DNA of 49,931 nt, from positions 1 to 49,931 of the forward strand of contig CADBMP010000262.1 of assembly GCA_902795775.1 (NCBI GenBank), given 5' to 3'. Every line of letters starts with the position of its first letter. Positions within the stretch are counted from its first letter, which is position 1. Made by a program: the position numbers and the translations under genes. The notes under the pieces were generated by a model that made no database searches, was not told the origin of the DNA, and saw nothing but the letters and a program-made list of their open reading frames with translations. Source of the DNA: an uncultured Lachnospiraceae bacterium (lineage in GTDB: Bacteria; Bacillota; Clostridia; Lachnospirales; Lachnospiraceae). Below are positions 37,399-45,829 of this stretch, piece by piece.

Positions 37399-39780
37399 TT
37401 ACAGATGTGTAAGCGGAGGCAGTTCAATTTCCACACCCGTCGTACCGGCGGCCGCCTCCACTGTCTTCCCTTCTGCAGTAACCTGAAAGCTCTTATCCGT
37501 TTTATCATAAGAAACCGTAATTTTATTTCCGTTTCTCTCTGCCTTTATTTTTGTAAGGAGATTCGATTCCCCATCATAAACGGACGCCTCTGCCGATTTG
37601 CCATCTTCCAATGCGTAAATGACTGCCTCCGCATCCTGTAAATAATCATAAAGAACAGTCATTTTATCCTCTGAATCGAAATTGCCATAGGTCACAATGC
37701 TGTTCGGCCTGGCAAGAATCGGCGTCTGGAAATAATCACAGGTCCTCTTATAATACCTTCCCCCCTCGTAAGTCTCCCCGCTCTGGATATCGGTCCATGT
37801 ACCACAGTCAGGAACATAAAATTCCGCAGTGCCTTCCTCGTTCATCACCGGAACAATGCAGAGATTATCTCCCAGCATATATTGCTGGTCTAAATATTTG
37901 CAGGCAATATCCCCAGTAAAAGCAACCACCATGGAACGCATCATTGGAACGCCCTCATTATGTGTCTTATTTGCCTGTGCCCAGAGGTACGGCATCAGCC
38001 TTCCCTTTAAAACAGTGTAGTGGCGGAGCACGTCACATGCCTCCGTATCTCCATCCTTATCATATACCCATGGCACACGATAAGATGTGGATCCATGCAG
38101 ACGGCTGTGTGTAGACAAAAGCCCGAATGCACACCATCTTTTGTAAACATCTGCAGATGCCGTTGCTTCAAAGCCGCCCATATCATGTGAAAAGAAACCA
38201 AACCCGGAAGAACAAAGGGAAAGACCGCCGCGGAGCGTTTCTGACATGGCAGAATATTCTGCATAACAGTCACCGCCCCAGTGCACCGGAAACTTCTGCC
38301 CGCCTGCCGTTGCGCTGCGGGCGAACAGGCACGCCTTGTCCTTTCCAAAATATTCCTCCAGTGCTTCAAACACGCACTTATTATAAAGATATGTATAATA
38401 ATTGTGCATCTTGACCGGATCAGCCCCGTTGTAATACTTCACCTTTGTTGGAATCCGCTCTCCAAAGTCCGTCTTTATATTATTTACGCCCATTTCAAAC
38501 AGCTTCCTTAAAAGACCCTTGAACCATATACATGCCTCCGGATTCGTAAAATCCACGATTGCCATGCCCGGCTGCCATAAATCACTCTGGAACACACTGC
38601 CGTCCGGATTTTTAATAAAATATCCCTTTTCCTTTCCAATGTCAAAAAGCTTTGACTGCTGGGCAATATATGAATTGATCCAGACACAGACTTCCAGTCC
38701 CTTTTCTTCATGAAGCTTCTTCAAAAGCCCCTCCGGATTCGGGAACATCTCTTTGTCCCATTCAAAATTGCACCACTCGTATTCCTTCATCCAGAAACAG
38801 TCAAAATGGAACACCTGCAGAGGAATCTTCCGCTCCCTCATGCCGTCAATGAAACTCATGACTGTAGCTTCATCATAACTGGTCGTAAAAGAAGTGGAAA
38901 GCCACAGCCCAAAGGTATATGCCGGCGGAAGTGCAGGTTTCCCTGTCAGTGTGGTATAATTTCTAAGCACATCCTCCAAGTCCTCACCGCCAATAACAAA
39001 ATACTCCAATTCCTCGCCCGGCACCGTAAAAGTCACTTTAGAAACCGTATCGGACATGACCTCAAAGGAAACCTTGTCAGAGCTGTTCACGAATACGCCA
39101 TAGCTTTTGGATGAAATGTAGAAAGGCACCGTCTTATAGCTCTGGTCAGAACAGGTTCCGCCGTCACAATTCCACGTTTCCACCGTCTGTCCGTTTTTTA
39201 CGAACGGGGTGAATTTCTCTCCAAAACCATAAATACACTCCCCAATATCCGTCTTTAACTGCTCACGCAGGTATGTCGTATGTGCATCCTGCGGATAATT
39301 GAAAAATTCATCATCCGTCTGAAGTTCTAACCTTGCTTTTGCCGCAAACCGGTTCTCTGAAATAATGGAAGTGGAACGCCATGCCCCACCGGTCAGATGC
39401 TTGTCTTTATAATAAAACTGTACGGACCATTCCCCGCCCTTTTCAATCACGACTTTTGTATCACCGGAAACCAGTTCATAATGATTTTCCCCTTTATGGA
39501 TGACCGGAGTATAACCGGTATCTTCATTTAATTCAAAGTGAGGACCGTTATCCAGTCCCCCCCTGAAATGGACAATATGTACTTTTATGATGTTTTCTGA
39601 TGTGGAGGAATATGTAATCTCTAAATTGGGTCCGCCGAGCGTCATGCCCCTGTGCTGAACCACATACGGTGTCGCAAGCACCTTGATTGCATGTTCCGTT
39701 GTTTCCACTTTGTACGCCTGGGAAACATAATTTACATCATACCCTTTTTTGCTAAGCCAGAATCCATCTGCAACTTTCAT
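37399..39780 (-). CDS. yicI: Alpha-xylosidase, GH31
   Basis: YGFGEKFTPFVKNGQ, FHFDCFWM, nucleophile motif KTDFGERIP, HWGGD and HSRLHGS; promoter TTGACG-17-TATACT at 39936..39908. Confidence 0.93.
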   Translation of the reverse strand: MKVADGFWLSKKGYDVNYVSQAYKVETTEHAIKVLATPYVVQHRGMTLGGPNLEITYSSTSENIIKVHIVHFRGGLDNGPHFELNEDTGYTPVIHKGENHYELVSGDTKVVIEKGGEWSVQFYYKDKHLTGGAWRSTSIISENRFAAKARLELQTDDEFFNYPQDAHTTYLREQLKTDIGECIYGFGEKFTPFVKNGQTVETWNCDGGTCSDQSYKTVPFYISSKSYGVFVNSSDKVSFEVMSDTVSKVTFTVPGEELEYFVIGGEDLEDVLRNYTTLTGKPALPPAYTFGLWLSTSFTTSYDEATVMSFIDGMRERKIPLQVFHFDCFWMKEYEWCNFEWDKEMFPNPEGLLKKLHEEKGLEVCVWINSYIAQQSKLFDIGKEKGYFIKNPDGSVFQSDLWQPGMAIVDFTNPEACIWFKGLLRKLFEMGVNNIKTDFGERIPTKVKYYNGADPVKMHNYYTYLYNKCVFEALEEYFGKDKACLFARSATAGGQKFPVHWGGDCYAEYSAMSETLRGGLSLCSSGFGFFSHDMGGFEATASADVYKRWCAFGLLSTHSRLHGSTSYRVPWVYDKDGDTEACDVLRHYTVLKGRLMPYLWAQANKTHNEGVPMMRSMVVAFTGDIACKYLDQQYMLGDNLCIVPVMNEEGTAEFYVPDCGTWTDIQSGETYEGGRYYKRTCDYFQTPILARPNSIVTYGNFDSEDKMTVLYDYLQDAEAVIYALEDGKSAEASVYDGESNLLTKIKAERNGNKITVSYDKTDKSFQVTAEGKTVEAAAGTTGVEIELPPLTHL

Positions 39781-40008
39781 AACTCCCTTCTCCTTTCACA
39801 TTTCCAAACGCATATGCCCATGCCCTGTCCGCCATTTCCCTAATGTTCCCGGAACCACATCCGGGGGCAGGTGTTCAAAGCAAAAGCCTCTGCCTGTCGT
39901 TAATGACAGTATATAAAAAGAGAAATCAAACGTCAACAGCAATCCGCTAAAAAAGCAGAACTGCTGTTATGCCTGTTACACCTCACATGTCAACAGAACA
40001 GTGCTGCA

Positions 40009-41970
40009 CTACTGTTTCTGTTCCACAGTAATGCTCCCAGTATCAGTACTGACCTTGAGCATTTTTTCCTGACCCTGATGCTTTTGTGATGCCTGTGACG
40101 CACTCATCTTTTCCCCAAAAAATTGAACCCGGTTCTCCAAGTCCGTAGAAAAGTCCGTTCCAAATGTCCTTAAGAAATCCTCTTTGCTTATTGGCATTTT
40201 TAATAAGAAATCGCCAGTATCCAAATCACACTCCATTTCACCAAAAAACCTGCGTGTCGTGGTAATATCCACTGTCACATCTCCCGTATCCGCATCCACC
40301 GTAATCTTCTTTCCTGTCACATCTTTTAAATTCACATCACCGGTATCCGCATCAACAGATATCCCACTCTCCACGCTCACTGTATCAGAAAGGGTCACAT
40401 CTCCCGTATCCGCATCAATGGATATGCCGGAAAAACAAATCTCCTTCATCTGTACATTTCCCGTATCCGTATTGATAGAAATTTTTGCTCCACCATCAAA
40501 TGTTCTATAGGAACCATACACAGACTTTGGCAGTGTAAGGACAAAGCTGCCATGTTTTCCGGAAACAAAATCAAAAAAATGAATCCCGAACCAGTTGTTC
40601 TTATTACGCTCTTTAAACTCTAACACTCCATTTTTCAAGGACTCCTTAATCCAGCTTCTTCCCCGGTAATCCATGATTATTTTTTCTGTTTCTCCCGACT
40701 GGACAAGCACATCATCCGTATCCAAATCAATCTGAATATCATTCACAGCATCTGATGCATAAGAACCATGCTGCTCCCTTTCCTCTGCCGCCTCATCAGC
40801 CACTTCAGAAACAATGGAATTTCCCGCAATATGAATCCCCCGGTAAACCACTCTTGCCACCCTGATTGCCAAAAATACAAGGGCAATCACAACCGCTGTT
40901 ATGATGATTGCCGGAACCCATCCTCTTTTTTTCTTTTGGTAGCCGGCAAATACCTTGTCTTCATTCTGCCACGCTTCTGGACCGGACTGTCCCTGTCCAG
41001 CACTGAATCCATTTCCATCTCCAAAGTTTGAATCTCGTTCAAATCCATTTTCTCCCGACATTACCGCCGCTTTCGCAAATTCCTGATATCTGTTTTCCAC
41101 ACTTCCAGCGGCAACAATCAGAAAGACGCCTGCCGCAATCATCAAAAGCGTGGAATCCCCCACAAGCTCCTTCAGTACCGGAAGCATCCATAATACCTCA
41201 TCTGCGACCGCAGCCGGTGCCCAAAGAAAGACCAGAAGCAGGATTCCCACAATCCGCATCCGGAAACACTTGTCTTCATCTGTCACCCGCTGCTTTTTCA
41301 TATACTCTGCCGTTTCCGTATCTACTAAAATCCGTCTCCTCTTTTTAACTACGGGATATGTTTTTTCTAACCTTCCGGCATACACCAGGAGCAGAACACC
41401 TACCGCTATACCGCCCATAAAGAAGAAGTTTCCAGAAAGCCTCATGAATATAGACGGGAAAAATATGAAATCCCCAAGCGTATCAAATGCGCTATTGAAA
41501 AAGCAGCTTAAAATAAAACAGGCTACACCGGCTGCAATCATGATACCATGCTTCCACGTATAAGATACATACTTATTTGTCTGTGAAAATGACCAGGATT
41601 CTGACGGTATATTCTGATTTCCTGTCCCTTGAACATCATTCGTCCATACGCTCTGATACTGATCTGCCCTGTTTTCATGATTTTTTCCGTCTTCTGAAGA
41701 AAATGTTTCTTTCCCGGATTCTGTTCCCTTCGTTTCAGATGCAGCTTCATGCAGATAGTCTGCAATTCCAAGCTCCTCTGCAATTTCTTCAATATTTCCA
41801 AATTCAGAAATAACAATTCCTACTGCTTCCTTCTCAGATTTTCCTTCCTGCAGACATTCTTCAAATTTGTCCTCCATCATTTCCAAAAGCTCTGCTTTTG
41901 CCCGGAGAACTGCAGGTGTTTCCGGAAATCCAAGGAACATATTATTTAAATACTCTCTAATCGTATCCAT
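40009..41970 (-). CDS. Membrane protein: N-terminal HAAS/permease-prefix domain, 5 TM helices, C-terminal DUF4097 beta-repeat domain
   Basis: IREYLNNMF...ELLEMMEDKFEE...EAVGIVISEFGNIEE; repeated I/V-D-A/T-D-T-G-D-V units at the C-terminus. Confidence 0.82.
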   Translation of the reverse strand: MDTIREYLNNMFLGFPETPAVLRAKAELLEMMEDKFEECLQEGKSEKEAVGIVISEFGNIEEIAEELGIADYLHEAASETKGTESGKETFSSEDGKNHENRADQYQSVWTNDVQGTGNQNIPSESWSFSQTNKYVSYTWKHGIMIAAGVACFILSCFFNSAFDTLGDFIFFPSIFMRLSGNFFFMGGIAVGVLLLVYAGRLEKTYPVVKKRRRILVDTETAEYMKKQRVTDEDKCFRMRIVGILLLVFLWAPAAVADEVLWMLPVLKELVGDSTLLMIAAGVFLIVAAGSVENRYQEFAKAAVMSGENGFERDSNFGDGNGFSAGQGQSGPEAWQNEDKVFAGYQKKKRGWVPAIIITAVVIALVFLAIRVARVVYRGIHIAGNSIVSEVADEAAEEREQHGSYASDAVNDIQIDLDTDDVLVQSGETEKIIMDYRGRSWIKESLKNGVLEFKERNKNNWFGIHFFDFVSGKHGSFVLTLPKSVYGSYRTFDGGAKISINTDTGNVQMKEICFSGISIDADTGDVTLSDTVSVESGISVDADTGDVNLKDVTGKKITVDADTGDVTVDITTTRRFFGEMECDLDTGDFLLKMPISKEDFLRTFGTDFSTDLENRVQFFGEKMSASQASQKHQGQEKMLKVSTDTGSITVEQKQ

Positions 41971-42479
41971 TACATTCTCCCTTCTTTCTGCTGTTGGGCA
42001 CTGCCATCGACTGCCAGGTTCCCGGCACTGCTGCTTACGTCATGTGAAGTACTGCCGCTTACATCGTTATTTACGCCATATGACCCGTTACTGCTGCTTA
42101 TATCCTGCATCCCACTGCTGCCATCTCCATAAAATTCTGTCCTGACCAGTAACTTTGTGCCAACGAACCGGTCAATCACATCCTTTGTCAGCTTCCACTC
42201 CTCGCATTTTTCCTCAAAATACTTTTTCCCTATTTCCGTAATCTGATAATAAGTTCTTTTTTTCCCATTTGTTTCATTTCCGGGATAGGATTCAATGTAC
42301 CCCTTTTTATCCATTCTGGTAAACGCAGAATATAACGTAGTTTCCTTAATCACATACTTCTCATCTGAAATTTTCCGAATCTGCTTCGATATCTCATAAC
42401 CATAAGATGGGGCATTCTGCAGAATCGAAAGGATGATCGTATCATTATATCCGCGAATTACATCACTGCTAATATCCAT
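41970..42479 (-). CDS. PadR family transcriptional regulator
   Basis: IRGYNDTIIL, SYGYEI, TTLYSAFTRM and RTYYQITEIG motifs; its stop overlaps the next ATG (TAATG). Confidence 0.93.
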   Translation of the reverse strand: MDISSDVIRGYNDTIILSILQNAPSYGYEISKQIRKISDEKYVIKETTLYSAFTRMDKKGYIESYPGNETNGKKRTYYQITEIGKKYFEEKCEEWKLTKDVIDRFVGTKLLVRTEFYGDGSSGMQDISSSNGSYGVNNDVSGSTSHDVSSSAGNLAVDGSAQQQKEGRM

Positions 42480-42510
42480 AGCAATCCTCCTTTCTGGCTT
42501 CTTAATTCAA

Positions 42511-42583
42511 ACGTCTGTCGTACTATATCTATCGTAGTACGTCTGTCGTGTATAAATATAACACAATTACCCCGACAGGTCAA
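42511..42583 (-). promoter_or_regulatory. Sigma-A promoter and putative PadR operator
   Basis: TTGACC-17-TATATT with an extended TG (42583..42555), followed by three 14-bp repeats at 42511-42552. Confidence 0.65.
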
Positions 42584-42649
42584 GTAGTTTTTTAAAAAAG
42601 ATTTCCACTTGCGAAAATCTCGTAACAATTGCGGCCGGAGACTTCATAG

Positions 42650-42893
42650 GAAACCCACTTTCATTTATAGTGGTGCCAGAAAGCCGGCATATTGGTTTCC
42701 TTTGAAATAAAAAAAGAACACCCGAAACACCCCAAAAGGGATGTCCCGGACGTTCCTTTTTCTGTTCATTCACCTTATTCCCCTATTACTTTGAAAGTTC
42801 TCGAAAATACTTTCGGCAGGACTGCACACCCGCTGTGCAGTCCGTATAACACCAGACCGCTGAAATCCACTTTCATTTATGGTAGTATCAGAA
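42650..42893. repeat. 32-bp direct repeat pair (42650-42681 and 42862-42893) with intervening hairpins
   Basis: GAAACCCACTTTCATTTATAGTGGTGCCAGAA versus GAAATCCACTTTCATTTATGGTAGTATCAGAA, 27/32 identical. Confidence 0.7.
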
Positions 42894-42898
42894 TACTG

Positions 42899-43324
42899 TT
42901 ATGTGGGTTTCCTAAGACACTTCTCACAAATTCCATAAAACATGGTCCGGTGCGGATTTACATTAAAATGATGTTCCTCTAACACATGGGAATACAGCTC
43001 ATCCATATGGCCACAATCCATATCCTGAATCTCTCCGCAATCTTCACACTTTAAAAGGAAATGGCTCTTTTCTTCTTTTCCACCAATGTATTGATAGCAG
43101 GCTCCACTGTTTCCATCCAGTACAATCTTTTGCACGACCCCCTCTTTCACCAGACGGTCCAGACGCCTGTAAACAGTCGTAAGTCCCACTTTCGCCCCTT
43201 CTGCCTTCAATGCATTCAACACATCTCCTGCAGTTACATACTTTTCTTCCATTTTCTCCATGATATCCAAAATGCTCTGTTCCTGTTTCGTATGATAGGT
43301 TCTGGAATCACCCATGCCTCTCAC
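42899..43324 (-). CDS. Fur family metalloregulator (Zur/Fur-like)
   Basis: GLTTVYRRL HTH; HFLLKCEDCG and GICEKC zinc sites; lies directly downstream of cysS. Confidence 0.9.
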   Translation of the reverse strand: MRGMGDSRTYHTKQEQSILDIMEKMEEKYVTAGDVLNALKAEGAKVGLTTVYRRLDRLVKEGVVQKIVLDGNSGACYQYIGGKEEKSHFLLKCEDCGEIQDMDCGHMDELYSHVLEEHHFNVNPHRTMFYGICEKCLRKPT

Positions 43325-43341
43325 CTGCTTCCTGATTCTCT

Positions 43342-44748
43342 TTATACACGCTGCCAGACCGTTCCCTCTCTGGTGTCCTTTAATTCAATCCCTTTTTCCA
43401 GGAGCTCATCCCGGATGGCATCTGCCTTCGCAAAATCCTTTGCTTTCTTTGCCGCCTTTCTTTCTTCAATCTTTGCTTCCACGAATGCCGTTAATTCATC
43501 ATCCTCTTCCACAGCATCTGTTTCTTTTGTCAAATCCAGCGAAAGAACTGAATCAAATTCATTTATCAATGCCCACTTGCTGGCATCATTTAATTCTGCT
43601 TTCAAAACATCATAGACCACCGTTAATGCCTGGGATGTATTGATGTCATTGCCAAGTGCTTCCATAAAAGCATCCCGGTATGGCTGCATTTTTTCCTGTT
43701 CTGTTTCCCCTTCCTTGTTCAGATTATGAATCCTGTTCACCACTTTTTCATAAGCTGTTTTTACATTGTCAAGCACTTCATAATTAAACACCAGCGGCTT
43801 CCTGTAATGGGACTGCAGGCAGAACATCCGATAGACCAAAGGCGAATATCCCTTCTCCTCCAAAAGAGAAACCGTTAAGAAATCCCCTTTTGATTTGCTC
43901 ATCTTTCCGGTGCTGTCATTCAAATGCAGAATATGGAACCAGTAATTGCACCACTTATGTCCCAGATATGCTTCGCTCTGCGCAATCTCATTCGTATGGT
44001 GCGGAAATACATTGTCGATTCCGCCACAATGGATATCCAGATTCTCTCCCAGATGCTTGATACTGATGGCAGAACATTCGATATGCCAGCCCGGATAACC
44101 GGTGCCCCATGGGCTTTCCCACTTCAATTCCTGTGCATCGAACTTTGATTTCGTGAACCAGAGGACAAAGTCGGTTTTATTTCTTTTATTGGCATCCTCC
44201 TCCACATCCTCCCTGGCTCCCACCATCAGCTCCTCTTCCTTCTGATTGGAAAGCACATAATAATTCTCCAGCTTAGAAGTATCAAAATATACATTTCCAC
44301 CTGCCACATACGCATAGCCTTTTTCCAAAAGCACTTCAATCATATGGATGAACTCAGGAATACAGCTTGTTGCAGGCTCCACCACATCCGGCATTTTAAT
44401 ACGAAGCTTTTCACAGTCAGAGAAAAATGCCTTTCGGTAAAATTCTGCAATTTCCATGACTGTTTTTTTCTCACGCTTTGCCCCTAAGAGCATCTTATCC
44501 TCTCCACTGTCCGCATCACTAGATAAATGCCCCACATCCGTAATGTTCATGACACGCTTTACATCATACCCGGCATACCGGAAGGTCTTTTCCAGAACAT
44601 CCTCCATGATATAGCTCCTTAAATTTCCGATATGTGCAAAATGATAAACCGTCGGGCCACAGGTGTACATCCCCACCTTACCCTCTGTCTTCGGCACAAA
44701 AAGCTCTACTTTTTTTGTCAACGTATTATACAAATGAATTTCCTTCAT
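43342..44748 (-). CDS. cysS: Cysteinyl-tRNA synthetase
   Basis: [31 protein letters not shown] and KMSKS motifs; promoter TTGTAG-17-TATAAT at 44871..44843. Confidence 0.97.
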   Translation of the reverse strand: MKEIHLYNTLTKKVELFVPKTEGKVGMYTCGPTVYHFAHIGNLRSYIMEDVLEKTFRYAGYDVKRVMNITDVGHLSSDADSGEDKMLLGAKREKKTVMEIAEFYRKAFFSDCEKLRIKMPDVVEPATSCIPEFIHMIEVLLEKGYAYVAGGNVYFDTSKLENYYVLSNQKEEELMVGAREDVEEDANKRNKTDFVLWFTKSKFDAQELKWESPWGTGYPGWHIECSAISIKHLGENLDIHCGGIDNVFPHHTNEIAQSEAYLGHKWCNYWFHILHLNDSTGKMSKSKGDFLTVSLLEEKGYSPLVYRMFCLQSHYRKPLVFNYEVLDNVKTAYEKVVNRIHNLNKEGETEQEKMQPYRDAFMEALGNDINTSQALTVVYDVLKAELNDASKWALINEFDSVLSLDLTKETDAVEEDDELTAFVEAKIEERKAAKKAKDFAKADAIRDELLEKGIELKDTREGTVWQRV

Positions 44749-45057
44749 CTATAATTTCCTCCAAAATTTATTATATTCTAAACCTTTGTTCCATCATCCA
44801 CTCCCATGTGTTATTCCCTGCAATAAATATAACACTAATATTATTATATCGGAAATTATGCGTTTCTACAACGCTAAATCTGATTTTTTCTTTGCATATT
44901 CGTATTCGTGCAGCAAGCAGCAAGCGTATTTTTGATTTTTCCAATTTTCCCACTTGCAACCAATGGAAAAAAATTGTATACTATATTCATAATCCATAAG
45001 TTTAGCCAAATCATTTTGTAAAAAATGACAAAATATAAAGAAAGGAAGGTTATCATC

Positions 45058-45618
45058 TTGAGCAAAGATACAAAAAATGACAGTTTTTCATTATTAAACC
45101 AGATAGAAATTGATACTCTTGTGAAATTTTTAACAGACAAAAAAAATACGGTAGACAGTGATGTCATGAGCCAGAACAGCATTGACAAGCTGATCAATCT
45201 GATTCAGACGGATAAGGAACGTCTGGCACTGAATATTGCATTTGCCTATTCTGATGTAGACGTATCTACATGGAGCCATCTGGATTTCAGAAGGAGCGCG
45301 AACGAAACCTGCGAGTTGCGAATCAGCAAGGATACAGAAGGCGGTTATGTCAGCCTTTCCATTTTCAATACGGTTTCCGGAGAAACCACATCGCTTTCCC
45401 CGGATAATTTTGACGACCATGACACAAAAGAATGGGGGCTTTCCATTCCGCCGACCACATTCTGCCAGATTGCCACGCTGCTCTCGTTAAAATTCACACA
45501 GGAAACTTACGACACAGTCTGCAGCATTTACGCACAGCATAATTATAACGACAAAGAACATAAGCTTCCGGAAATTTTCCTTCCGGACAACGATGTGCTC
45601 CTGACCTGTCTTTTATAA
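45058..45618 (+). CDS. Hypothetical protein with two N-terminal FliM-N/CheZ-C-like peptides
   Basis: Likely TTG start at 45058 after AAGGAAGG; promoter TTGCAA-17-TATACT at 44954..44982; motifs LLNQIEIDTLV and VMSQNSIDKLI. Confidence 0.7.
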   Translation: MSKDTKNDSFSLLNQIEIDTLVKFLTDKKNTVDSDVMSQNSIDKLINLIQTDKERLALNIAFAYSDVDVSTWSHLDFRRSANETCELRISKDTEGGYVSLSIFNTVSGETTSLSPDNFDDHDTKEWGLSIPPTTFCQIATLLSLKFTQETYDTVCSIYAQHNYNDKEHKLPEIFLPDNDVLLTCLL

Positions 45619-45720
45619 AGTTCAGCAAAAAATTCTTATGTCCTGAATATGGTCATGATTTCAAGGCTTGACTGCCGGCATGGACATAATCGGAATCTGC
45701 TGTTTTTGCAGACATCGTAC

Positions 45721-45763
45721 AAAGTGGTGCATCCCTTCTTCTGCAAGAGGGATGCACCACTTT
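45721..45763. terminator. Bidirectional terminator between convergent genes
   Basis: AAAGTGGTGCATCCCT...AGGGATGCACCACTTT, a perfect 16-bp stem. Confidence 0.85.
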
Positions 45764-45829
45764 TCTTTCCAATGAATCTTTTTTACTTCGTAAAATACCG
45801 CTAAAAAGTCCGACTATGAGCAAAAATAC

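Noticed and set aside
37017-37508. 163-aa minus-strand ORF between yicI and the three-gene operon
   Set aside because: It overlaps the yicI 3' end out of frame and the downstream promoter, and has no RBS or motifs.
42650-42893. Possible CRISPR array from the 32-bp repeats
   Set aside because: Only two imperfect copies, 180 bp between them, and no cas genes.
45636-45690. Weak inverted repeat TTATGTCC...GGACATAA
   Set aside because: Only 8 bp of firm pairing; the real terminator is at 45721-45763.
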